Positions 1-11,399 of a DNA stretch of 64,000 nt are shown one piece after another. Below the pieces are notes generated by a model. That model did not search any database. It was given only the letters and a program-made list of their open reading frames with translations, and had not been told where the DNA came from. Origin of the DNA: Octopus sinensis (taxonomy: Eukaryota); NCBI RefSeq assembly GCF_006345805.1, contig NW_021836135.1:1-64000 (forward strand). Direction: 5' to 3'. Each line of letters starts with the position of its first letter. Position 1 is the stretch's first letter. A program made the position numbers and the translations under genes.

Positions 1-957
1 TAATAAAGTTGTAGGGCATCTTGTCTCTATGACCACTTTCATCTAACTGCCTAGCAATATAACTTGCTCTACATCCATACATATATATATATATATATGC
101 ATGTGTGTGTATGCATGTATCATCATCATCTTTTAAACATCAATGTTCCTATTGGCATGGGTTGAACAGTATAGCAAGCTATAATGGGTTCAAGGACTGC
201 ATTGTGCTTCACTGTCTACTTTGGTATGATCTCTTTGTCTGGTTGCCATTCCTAATACCAACCACCTTACTATATGCACTGAGGGCTTTTCCAAAGAAGC
301 AGCATTAGAGAGGTTGCCATGTAGCTTGCAGGAATATGAAATTCAAAATTGCCAGGAGATGAAGGGTTTAATTATGATAGAAGGAGCAAGACTAGAACAA
401 GTTTCTCGCAGTAGAAGTGCTACATGTCTTACTCGCATTTTAGAAAGGGGGGATTCTGACATGTAATTCTGAAAGAAAATTAGTTGCAATACCTGTTTAA
501 CAATCAAGGTTTTCCTATCAAGATTATGAAAATAAAAATACCATTATCACTCTGAGAAAGAATCCTCTGTAATAATAATAATAATCATCATCATCATCAT
601 CATCACAATCATGATCATAATCATCATCATTATTTAGTTTCCCATACAGATGACATGATCTAGTGAGCTACAGGGTTGTATTAACACCCAATGTCAGTAT
701 TGGCATGGTTTTTTACGGTTGGATACCCTTCCTAATGTCAAACCCTTTACAATGTGTACTGGGTACTTTTATCATGCATCTGGTACTAGAGAATTGACCA
801 AGTAACTTGCAAGACAGAAAAAGAACAGGGCAAAAGCACCTTCTTGTCTAAGTTAGGGAAGCAACCAAATACATATTAACATCTACTGTTTCCATTAATT
901 CGTAAATAACTTGTTCACATTAATACATGCAGCAATTATTTACAAAATACATGTGCT

Positions 958-1192
958 GGCACAGGTGCCAGATGAGGCTGGCAGATCGTGGCTGTCTGCC
1001 AGCCTCGTCTGGCACCTGTGCCGGTGGCACGTAAAAAGCACCCACTACACTCTCAGAGTGGTTGGCGTTAGGAAGGGCATCCAGCTGTAGAAACACTGCC
1101 AGATCAGACTGGGCCTGGTGCAGCCTTCTTGAACTGTCCAACCCATGCTAGCATGGAAAACGGACGTTAAATGATGATGATGATGATGATGA
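958..1192 (+). mobile_element. Family C element (RTE-type 3' tail), 5'-truncated, with 5' foldback
   Basis: Contains ggttggcgttaggaagggcatccagc, ccatgctagcatgg and cggacgttaa followed by a (gat)n tail. Confidence 0.8.
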
Positions 1193-1799
1193 CACTAATT
1201 ATATTTTAGATATTGATATGGGCTTCAGTTCTAAAATGAAACATGTTTGTATATTTACAATGAGGAATCTTTCATTTCTACACTTAGACTTTTGAGAATA
1301 AACAATATCTGTTATATGTTTTATTCCAGGTATTGCATTGTGTGGCTCTTCAAGATTCATTGTGTCAAGTAAAACATAAATTATCTCCTTGAATGTAACA
1401 GCTTAGAGATAAGCTTTCTACCAATGAATTATTACGATTTATCCACTCAATTCTGCAAAATAACTAGAAATGTCTCAAAGAGTTAAAATGATTAAAAAGG
1501 TGATTATTCAATCCATTTTACATGCACATTCATCTGGTAGTTAAACAAAAAAAAAAAAAAAAACCTTCTATGTGAAAAGTTACCATTTGGTATATCTGAG
1601 AGGCAAGTCCCATTAATCTAACATGTCTTAGCCTCCAAGTCTTTCAGTAAGTCAGTGTTTTGATTTATAATCACAGTGGCTGATGCATTTCAGTAGATTC
1701 AAATAGCAAAAGTAAACTTATATTAAAGCTACTGAGTAAATTAAATGATATTAACAGAGATACAATTATTTTTTGAACACTGTGAATTTAGAGTAAAGA

Positions 1800-2030
1800 T
1801 TTTTGCCAGCATGACATGACAGTCCTGGTTTAGGACGAATGTTGCTGTAATTTAGCCCCAGGAGACATCGTCTCCAGCTGGCTATACGACACGATCTGTG
1901 TCCTTATATTTTCAAACAAGGGAATCTAGCACCCCCACTCAGTTTAAAACAATATTTGTGTATCGCGATTTCCAGGTTATTTCCTTTCATCAGCACAGAA
2001 TAATTGTTCGGCTAGAGGTGGCGCTGCCAA
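1800..2030 (-). mobile_element. Family F repeat, probable Penelope pseudo-LTR fragment
   Basis: The body tttagccccaggagacatcg...tctgtgtccttatattt is shared with copies at ~7476 and ~39263; each copy lies next to a hammerhead motif. Confidence 0.55.
1957..1997 (-). ncRNA. Minimal type I hammerhead ribozyme motif
   Basis: Minus strand: tgtg CTGATGA a-agg-aaataa-cct-g GAA ATCGCGAT A caca. Core boxes present, helix I tgtg/caca, helix II agg/cct, palindromic helix III ATCGCGAT, AUA cleavage triplet. Confidence 0.6.
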
Positions 2031-2279
2031 ATTCGCATTCAAAATATATAGTTTTCAAAGTAATAACTAGTCACTAATCAATAAATTGAATTGTGAATTT
2101 AGTCAAAAGCAGGTAATTTTGAAGTAAAAGACTTGAAGAATTATAGCATTAAAATAGCGATTTGTGTACCACTGGAAGGCATGATGTTGTGGTGTTAGTT
2201 TGAGTGATCTCTTCAAAGATATGGTGTGTTAAAGACACAATTTTATATCAAAGTGAGGCAGATATCATCTCAGCAAGTG

Positions 2280-2800
2280 ACTCATGAAAACACTAGATAT
2301 GTTTCAGCCTTGTTGGGTCTTATCAATGACATGTACCTTGCTGTTATGTACCTAGTTGAAATGTGTCCTCTTTGATATTCAATGAACTGAATATTCACTG
2401 ATATTGTAGAAAGCTTGTCAGGCTGAATAAAATTGGTGAATATACACTATTGTTATATGTGATGTGGATTTTGTCTGAAATAAAAATCTGTTGATAGATG
2501 TATTGAAAGCACAATATATATTGAAATGAGTTGAACATTGTCCCAACAGTGATTCGCAAGAATGTCACATGTGTTTTGGCTTTCTTGAGCATTGTAAATA
2601 ATGTAAACTTATTTGTGCACCAAGTTTCATTCAGCCAAGCCAGTGTGTCATTGACAAGGCCAAAAAAGGTCACAATATGTCAAACATTCTTGTGAGTTAC
2701 TGCTGGGGTAATGCTCACCTTGCTCCAATATATACTGTGTTTTTAACACAACGTGTACAAAGAGATCTTTCTCTTGGACAAAACCACAAAGTCATTTTAA
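2280..2800 (-). mobile_element. Highly decayed Penelope-like remnant with degenerate hammerhead
   Basis: Minus strand has a YIG-like stretch (KNTVYIGAR) near 2720 and ttgataa-gacc-caacaa-ggct-gaaa-catatc at 2291-2330. Confidence 0.3.
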
Positions 2801-3176
2801 TGGTGAATATACATTAGGTACGGTACACAGATGACAGTCTTAATTTAATACAGTTTCAATTGTGTACACTGAGCATATCATTATACTAACAGTTAACAAT
2901 CAACTTAGATAAGATAAAATTTCTAGCTTTATCATATAAAAGTAATGAAAGCTATTTTCCTCTTTGGTAGTTTTGCATTGGGGAAATTGTAGCATCAAAT
3001 CATTGCTCTGAAAAACGACCACTAAAGAGTTCAATGATTTGCCTACATAAGTGTTTGAAAGTCATAAGCATTATACGTTGTAAACAAGATGTCTTGGTCT
3101 GAAAGTTTAGTACACATTCTGCTGTAAAACAGCATCAGGATATCAATTCTACAAACAGAAAATATCTACAATACAT

Positions 3177-3561
3177 AGGAGTGGCTGTGTGGTAAGTAGC
3201 TTGCTTTCCAACCACATGGTTCTGGGTTCAGTCCCACTGCGTGGCACCTTGGGCAAGTGTCTTCTACTATAGCCTCGGGCTGACCAAAGCCTTGTGAGTG
3301 GATTTGGTGGACGGAAACTGAAAGAAGCCCATCGTATATATGCATATATATCTGTGTGTGTTTGTGTGTCTGTGATTGTCTCCCCAACATCGCTTGACAA
3401 CCAACGCTGGTGTATTTACGTCCCCGTAACTTAGCAGTTCAGCAAAAGAGACCGATAGAATAAGTACTAGGCAAACAAAGAATAAGTCCTGGGGGTCAAT
3501 TTCCTCGACTAAAGGCGATGCTCCAGCATGGCCGCAGTCAAATGACTGAAACAAGTAAAAG
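3177..3561 (+). mobile_element. SINE family B (tRNA-like head, CORE-like accttgggcaagt segment; possibly octopus OR2-like)
   Basis: Head ggagtggctgtgtggtaag (A box), gggttcagtccc (B box), conserved body, tail gactgaaacaagtaaaag; repeated many times in the window. Confidence 0.85.
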
Positions 3562-4477
3562 TGTATTCCAAGTAAGAATTCAACCTTTCTCTATACTTCC
3601 ACCAGTAAAGGGTCATACATAGATATTGCTTTCTTTCCTGACAAAAAAATAGAGTCTAATAATAATAAGTTGAAATTCTGTCTTTACCATACACATTTTG
3701 AATCAGATCATATAATTTATTTATAGATTTTCTTTTCTAAATCATATCAATAAGCTAAATTATCAGACCAAATTAAACCAATGACTCGGCTATATATCTT
3801 GTTTATATCTGAAATTCTCAGTATACATTAAAATGTTTATAAATATGTTTGATAAAATAAATCATAAAAATACAGTTTTTCATTCAATCACTGTAAAATT
3901 TAACTCTCAAATCTTCCAATTAATAAATTCTCAATAACATAACTACAGGCACATATATCATAACTTTTAATAATGCTGAATTTTATGGTTATCTGTGTTC
4001 ATTGACAGTTTTTGGTGTCATCAGTGGTGACATTGATAACATCGTTGTCATCGTAATCATTTCCTGTGTTTTTCAATGCTAGCACTGGCTGGTGGGTCTC
4101 AAGAAACCATGTCACTTGTCACTGTTTACTTATCCGATACACAGAGCAACAAAGAAAACCAGCCTAGTTTGTTGTGACAACCACATACTTTTGATCCAGC
4201 CATAAGCATCAGAGAAGCTATCTATGAAACGATTAAGAGTTCATTCCACCCTACATCAATTCTTATTCTGAGTTACTGCCCTCCTAGACGAGTAACCTAT
4301 AATGTGGATCGTTAAGTACGTGTCTGTCTATGACTGGATGCTTATTCTATCACTAACCAGCTAACAGAAAGTATAGGGTGCATTTTATCATGCCACTAGT
4401 ACTAGAGGGGCTCTATGAGGCAAGATTAGAGAATCTTCTCAATCCTTTATCTGTTCTTATACAACATTACCAACTTC

Positions 4478-4879
4478 AAAGGCGGCAAACTGGCAGAAAA
4501 GTTAGAACACTGGGTGAAATGCTTAGCAGTATTTCATCTGTCTTTACGTTCTGAGTTCAAATTCCACTGAGGTCGACTTTGCCTTTCATCCTTTCGGGGT
4601 CGATTAAATAAGTACCAGTTACACACTGGGGTCGATATAATCGACTTAATCCGTTTGTCTGTCCTTGTTTGTTCCCTCTGTGTTTAGCCCCTTGTGGGTA
4701 GTAAAGAAATAGGTATTTCGTCTGTCTTTACGTTCTGTGTTCAAATTCTGCCGAGGTTAACTTTGCTTTTCATCCTTTTGGGGTCGATAAATTAAGTACC
4801 AGTTGCATAGTAGGGTCACTCTAATTGACTGGCCCCTTCCTCCAAAATTTCAGGCCTTGTGCCTAGAGTAGAAAAGAAT
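4478..4879 (+). mobile_element. SINE family A dimer (type-1 tail followed by type-2 tail)
   Basis: Head ggcggcaaactggcagaa, B box gagttcaaattcc; internal restart at 4712; flanked by 12-bp direct repeat attaccaacttc (4466-4477, 4880-4891). Confidence 0.85.
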
Positions 4880-6998
4880 ATTACCAACTTCCAAAACAGG
4901 TAGCTTACAATGTGGCTTGTAGAGACCATATTTCATTCATATGGTTTATTTCTATTTGAAAAAATGAGTGGACACTTTTCTGAATACTGTATTATGGCTT
5001 TATGTGTTTCTTTTTACCTGAATATGCTAGAACATATGCCATTATATGTCAAACAGAGCAACAAAGTCACAAGTCTCCTACACATAACTGGAACCCTTGA
5101 CATTTTTGTAAAATGTAAATCAGCTGTAACTTCTAGAATAAATGTAAGGATGCAGAGATGCAGAGTTTTAAAATATGAGCCAAAATGGCTATTACTGTGT
5201 AGTTGACAAGTATATTAATAACTGAATAAAGTAACTAGACTCCTATTATTTGGAACAGGCTATTTTTAAAACACACCTGAAACTATTGCCACCATCACTA
5301 CAAGTACTAATACTATTAAATATTGAGAGTTAGAACCCTGCTGACGGTAGGAACTTAGTTCTTTCTCAAGTAAAACACAGAATAGTTGTCAAAAAGAAAC
5401 CATTAAATGAATATTATTCTAAAATGTTGTGTTTTGTACATAACTGCTATTCTTGTAACATACAATTTAAGAGAGAAGTAAGAACAAGCAAATTCAAATG
5501 TTTCCCAAAAGTGTATCTAAATGAAAAACAAGCTATATTATTCAACCAAAGTTGTTAAATGAGAAAAAGAGAGCAAAAAATGACGAGCAACCAATGTGAT
5601 TTCAGAGAAGGGGACAGGGTAGGCAAGTTTGCCAAAAATCCATCTTTAAACATTTGGAGTTGCTCAAATATGGAAAAATGTAAGAGGAAGAAAAGAGAAA
5701 AGAAAAGGAATATAAAACACTAATATTTTCTAAATATCATTTAGAAGATTTTTTTCTCTTTTTACAGATATACTTTGAATTCAATAAGCTATTTTTTTTT
5801 AATAATCGTATGATTTTTTTTTTCCTTATACAATACTTCTACTGCTTTTGTCAATTTTGCAGTTTCTGTATTGTCCTGAAGCTGCTGTTGCCAGTCCAGT
5901 AGTTTTGGGGTTAAGTAGAGAAAATATGTGTTATTTGAAACAATATGATTCATTGCTTTAAGCAAGATCTAAATTTGCAGTGGAAACAACAAAATTCAGG
6001 ATTGTTCCACTAAAGAACCTCCAGATGTGTCAGTAAAAATAAGAATATAAACAAATGGTTACACGTTTATACATTCCCATGGTGAATCAGTACAATGGTT
6101 TTTTTTTGTTTTTTTTTTTACAAAACCCCACAAAAATAAATAAATAAATACACATGCTGCAAAACAATCCTCTTGACAAAAGTCCTTCACTGAAAGACAA
6201 AATACTCAGTTGCAACTTTCAAGAAAATTACAAACTACATTTGCTGATGTTGGCTGCTGTCATCAACACTGCCATGACCACCACCACCCAACAACAATTA
6301 TACCTAATTCTGAGCAATTTTAAACTATCGTTACATTAGTGACAATAGATTAATGTGAAGAAAGAAAGACGTCTGTCAGTGTATCTCTGTATGTAGACAT
6401 GTATTCCTCTACTCATCAATCATAACGGTGACTGTTTATCTTTATTAATAAGTAATACATGATGTCTGCCCAAGAAAACATTAGAAATACATGAATCTTT
6501 CTCTATTTCTCTATTATTTATTTCTCCATTCTGTTAGACTGCCATTACAATGTCTTCAAGTTTTTTTTTTTTCATGTAAACTATGTGGTGAATCATGAGA
6601 AATTTTATCTATAATTCTGATATACACTTGTGCTCTATGAATATGTCTGCTGGAGCATATAACTCATGTAAGAATATATTTCGTCATTATGCTTTGAGAG
6701 TTAAAATTAATAATGAAAAGTGTGAGATATGAAATAAGAGATAGTTTACATCAAATACATAAATAAACATATATATATGTTATTCAGAGTTACTGCACTC
6801 ATAGAGTGGTCAGAGACCATGCTTCACTCTTACAGTCTATTTTACGGCATAGTTTCTATACTTGGATGCGCTTCTATACCAGTGAATTTACAGACTGTAT
6901 TTGAGTGCATTTAATCATAGCCCCATCAGAATAGAGATTATCTTGTATATGTAAGCATAGAACAATATATGTTACATGAATATGTTAAATATATGTTA

Positions 6999-7364
6999 AA
7001 TCGTGGCCGATGCCAGCACCACCTCGACTGGCTTCCGTGTCGGTGGCACGTAAAAAGCACCATCCGAATCGTGGCCGAAGCCAGTGCCGCCTCGACTGGC
7101 TTCCATGCAGGTGGCACGTAAAATGCACCAATCCGACCGTGGCCGATGCCAGCCTCACCTGGCACCAGTGCAGGTGGCACGTAAAAAGCACCCACTACAC
7201 TCATGGAGTGGTTGGCGTTAGGAAGGGCATCCAGCTGTAGAAACATTGCCAGATAAGACCGGAGCCTGGTGCAGCCTTCTAGCTTCCCAAATCCCCGGTC
7301 GAACCGTCCAACCCATGCTAGCATGGAGAACGGACGTTAAACAATGATGATGATGATGATGATG
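6999..7364 (+). mobile_element. Family C element with three ~68-bp VNTR units
   Basis: Units cgtggccgatgccagc...ggtggcacgtaaaaagcacc, then the RTE-like tail and (gat)n. Confidence 0.85.
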
Positions 7365-7439
7365 AAGTAGCAATGCTAGCTGTGATATATATATATATAT
7401 ATATATTTATAGTTGACAATTGTCGTATACTGTCAACTC

Positions 7440-7660
7440 AATGTGACATTCCCGTAAGGGAATTACACCACCGCCATTTAGCCCTAGGAAACATCGACGT
7501 CTCCTGTCGGCTTTGACACATTTTCTGTGTCCTTATATTTGCAAAGGGGAGGCAATCACCCCCGCAAGCTGGGACAAAGCACCTGCAGACATGTTTCTGA
7601 GTCTATTGCTTGTCGTCAGTTCAGGGTAGCCTGCCTCACTCACTGAGATGACTGCAACCT
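7440..7660 (-). mobile_element. Family F repeat (Penelope pseudo-LTR-like)
   Basis: catttagccctaggaaacatcg...tctgtgtccttatattt is homologous to the 1848 and 39263 copies; hammerhead at 7582-7625. Confidence 0.55.
7582..7625 (-). ncRNA. Minimal type I hammerhead ribozyme motif
   Basis: Minus strand: cctgaa CTGACGA caagcaatagactca GAA ACATGT C tgcagg. Helix I pairs 5 of 6, palindromic helix III ACATGT, GUC site; helix II is imperfect in this copy. Confidence 0.6.
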
Positions 7661-7857
7661 CCTTGCAAATATATCATATTATCAGTAAAATTTATTTACT
7701 GATCACCGAAATTAGAAATATTGAATTTCTAAGTGTCTCAGAGAGACATGAGCGGTGGTAGAGCGATATAGTGGTCGTATATATATTTGTAAAACAAGAA
7801 TGTGAGTAGAAGGGATCAACTAAATATAAGCACACATGCATACACAATCATATATAT

Positions 7858-8066
7858 TTCGCTGGGCGAAATGCATAGCCGTATTTCGTCTGCCGTTACG
7901 TTCTGAGTTCAAATTCCGCTGAGGTCGACTTTGCCTTTCATCCTTTCGGGGTCGATAAATTAAGTACCAGTTACGCACTGGGGTTGATGTAATCGACTTA
8001 ATCCCTTTGTCTGTCCTTGTTTGTCCTCTCTATGTTTAGCTCTTTGCAGGCAATAAAGAAATTAAA
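7858..8066 (+). mobile_element. SINE family A, 5'-truncated
   Basis: gggcgaaatgc...gagttcaaattcc...gtcgataaattaagtaccag...aataaagaaat. Confidence 0.8.
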
Positions 8067-8352
8067 ATATATATATACACACACAGGCATAGTTGTGTGG
8101 TAAGAGCTTGCTTCCCAACCACATGGTTCCAGGTTCAGTCTCCCTGCCTGGCACCTTGGGCAAGTGTCTTCTACTATAGCCTCAGGCTAACCAAAGCCTT
8201 GTGAGTGGATTTGGTAGATGGAAACTGAAAGAAGCCTGTCTTATATATATTGGTTTTGAGCCAGCTTAGATTTGAATTAAAGATCGTCTACACCTATATA
8301 TTTTTTCCTTTCCTTATACTTCATCTATTGATTTTGCAAATACTGAATATCT

Positions 8353-9129
8353 CATCATCATCATCATCATTTAGCGTCCGCTTTCCATGCTAGCATGGGT
8401 TGGATGGGTCAACTGGGGTCTGTGAAGCTGGAAGGCTTCATCAGGCCCAGTCAGATCTGGCAGTGTTTCTACGGCTGGATGCCCTTCCTAACGCCAACCA
8501 CTCTGCGAGTGTAGTGGGTGTTTTTTACGTGCCACCTGCACAGGTGCCAGACAGAGCTGGTGAACGGCCATGAACGGATGGTGCTTTTACGTGTCACCGG
8601 CACGGGGCCAGGCGATGCTGGCAACGGACACGAACGGATGGTGCTTTTACATGCCACCGACACGGGGCCAGACAGAGCTGGCAAATGGCCACGAACGGAC
8701 GGTGCTTTTACGTGTCATCGGCAAGGAGGCCAGCCGAGGCTGGCAACAAACACGAACGGATGGTGCTTTTACGTGCCACCGACACGGTTGCCAGACAGAG
8801 CTGGCAAACGGCCACGAACGGACGGTGCTTTTACATGTCACCGGCACGTGGGCCAGCCGAGGCTGGCAATGGACATGAACGGATGGTGCTTTTACGTGCC
8901 ACTGACATGGGGCCAGACAGAGCTGGCAAACGGCCACGAACGGATGGTGCTTTTACGTGTCACCGGCACGGGGCGAGGCGAGGCTGGCAACGAACACGAA
9001 CGGATGGTGCTTTTACGTGCCACCGACACGGGAGCCAGACAGAGCTGGCAAACGGCCACGAGCGAATGGTGCTTTTACGTATCACCGACACAGGTGCCAG
9101 ACGAGGCTGACAGCGGACACGAACGGATG
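8353..9129 (-). mobile_element. Family C element with ten ~60-bp VNTR units
   Basis: (cat)n tail at 8353, RTE-like segment ggatgcccttcctaacgccaacc, then tandem units from 8540 to 9129. Confidence 0.9.
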
Positions 9130-9342
9130 GGTCACTTAACGCCTGCTTTCTGATATATGATTTGATTTTGAGTTCAATTATATATATATATATATATATA
9201 ATTATATATATTCTTTGCTTGGATTGTAGCAGTAGAATTGGATTCCTGACATCCCTTTGAAGGATTTCGATTCTCACCTCTTTTACATATATATATATAT
9301 ATATGTATGTATAAGTTTGTGTGTCTGCGTTCCCCCCCCACC

Positions 9343-9575
9343 TATTTCTTTACTATCCACAAGGGGCTAAACACAGAGCGGACAAACAAGGACAGACAAA
9401 CGGATTAAGTCGATTATATCGACCCCAGTGCATAACTGGTACTTAATTTATCGACCCCGAAAGGATGAAAAGCAAAGTCGACCTCGGCAGAATTTGAACT
9501 CAGAACGTAGCGGCAGACGAAATACCGTTAAGCATTTTGCCCGGCGTGCTAACGTTTCTGCCAGCTCGCCACCAT
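9343..9575 (-). mobile_element. SINE family A inserted into SINE B
   Basis: Full-length reverse copy; imperfect direct repeat tccccccacc at 9331-9342 and 9584-9593. Confidence 0.85.
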
Positions 9576-10999
9576 CAAGTTTGTCCCCCCACCATTGCTT
9601 GACAACTGATGTTGGTATCCCCGTAATTTGTCACTTCAGCAGAAGAGACCAATAGAATAAGTACTAGGTTTACGAAGAATAAGTCCTGGGACTGATTTGT
9701 TCAACTAAAGGCGGTGCTCCAGCATGATCCCCATCAAATGACGGAAACCAGTAAAGGAATAAAAGAATACACGCATGTACATATATACATGCATGCACAA
9801 CTGGTGTAAAAAGAATCCTTATAGACACCCATAGTCAAATCAATGAATAATTCCGACTGCATATGAACTTATCTGATGAACACTGTGGAGAAGTGACCAG
9901 ATAGTAAATCTGGCTATATGTGAAAACATAAAGTTATATGTGGACCCAATGCAGGAAGAAGCTATTGCAACCTACAGGTATACAGGTGAAATGGCCATTG
10001 AGGATATGAAGGCAGAAAAGCAACTAGACAATCAGAAAAAGTCATGGAGATGCCATAGTATTACATATTGAATACATCACTTTTCAAATTATAGCTAACG
10101 GAAATGCTAAAGTAATTTGATTAATGAAAATGTTCTTGCACTACAATTTTCTAAATTGGCAATAAACCAGATATATTGTTAAATGGGGCATTGAAAACTG
10201 TGTAGAATATTACATGAAGTATGTTACAAAATTTAACAAAAGTTATTTTCTAATTGGTAGTGTGTTGTTTTTCTTTATGACAACTTAAATATTTGTATCA
10301 GTTATTTATTGCATAAAAATTCAGTATAGTCTGAGATATAATTTACATACATGCACTTGTATGAATGTGAGTGGTTGTATTTTGAGTTGCAATTACAGGA
10401 TATCTTTCTGAAGTTTGACAATGAAATTGAAAAGGCAAGCAACACAACATTAAATAAAAGTTTGATAATAAAAACAGCAATAAGAAAATGAAATTGGTCT
10501 CATTCTGTAATCTAAACTGAAGTGTTAAGAAGACTAGCAAAATGCAAAACAACAGGAGGTAAAAAAAACAGCTTGTAATGAGATAAACTTAAGATTATCT
10601 AAGCCAGATTTTCTCAAGGGGAATTCTGAGCTTATCTGGTTCTTAAGAAAGTGTGTGAATCTTTTACTGCACATTATACTAAAAATAGCAATTGCTGAAA
10701 AATCTGAATTAATATAAAAAATATTTGGAAGGTACTAGATTTCTGACATGTAGCATGAACTGTTATAATTTCTGGAAGATTTCAAACAAAATTCTATATT
10801 CATGTTATGGTATTGTGGTCGAAAACATCTCACCGAATGTGTTGAATACCCTGCTTTATTTAGTGTTCAGATTAATGTGACAAATGTAATGATTATTTGT
10901 TCACGTTATTTTGAATTATTCACGTTCAAGAGGAGTGTCCACAATATTTGTTTGTAACTTTTTTCTTTTTTTTAGATGCAGATTTGAAATTTTGTCAGT

Positions 11000-11365
11000 G
11001 GGTGCTTATATACCAATGTATGTCATGTCCTTGTCTTTAGAAGTACCCTCTATGCACGTTATGCTGTAGTCTACATTTCTAGTTCTACAGTTAAAGCCAG
11101 GATTAAATCTTGCCTACTATATAGTTATCATTGGTGCATGTGGTATTCTCAAAGGAGTATATCCTACATAGTTGAGATCTGACAGAGCTCCCTGGTTTTT
11201 CAACGATCTTGATGTTGAGTTTGACCTCCTTCAGAGCTTTCCTAAATTTTCAGGGTAGTTCTCCATGGGCTCTGGCCACTGTAAACATCACTCCTTGAAA
11301 TTTGTAGGCCTTGTACCATATGTTCATGCTGTTTACTTTGTCACAAACTCTCTGTATCATATTAC
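11000..11365 (-). mobile_element. Penelope-like element fragment, inverted arm
   Basis: Reverse complement of ~11470-11800 at roughly 80% identity by eye. Confidence 0.75.
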
Positions 11366-11399
11366 AGAATATCCATTACATATAATGCTATCGTTAGAT

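Larger units (their letters stand above)
8087..9768 (+). mobile_element. SINE family B split by nested insertions (head 8087-8242; tail 9310-9342 and 9576-9768)
   Basis: Head, middle and tail segments are collinear with the intact B copy at 3177-3561. Confidence 0.7.

Noticed and set aside
3177-3245. tRNA genes at SINE heads
   Set aside because: A and B boxes are present but there is no full cloverleaf, and the sequence continues into the SINE body in every copy.
3990-4190. Minus-strand stretch VTWFLETHQPVLALKNTGNDYDD as the next Ig exon
   Set aside because: In-frame stops on both sides, no Ig cysteine pattern and no fitting phase-1 acceptor.
8507-9129. CRISPR-like array
   Set aside because: Units are contiguous degenerate tandem repeats with no unique spacers; eukaryotic context; no cas genes.
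8518-9153. 211-aa ORF and overlapping ORFs with repeated peptide units
   Set aside because: They arise from a GC-rich VNTR that lacks stops in several frames on both strands; no start context, splice signals or domain.
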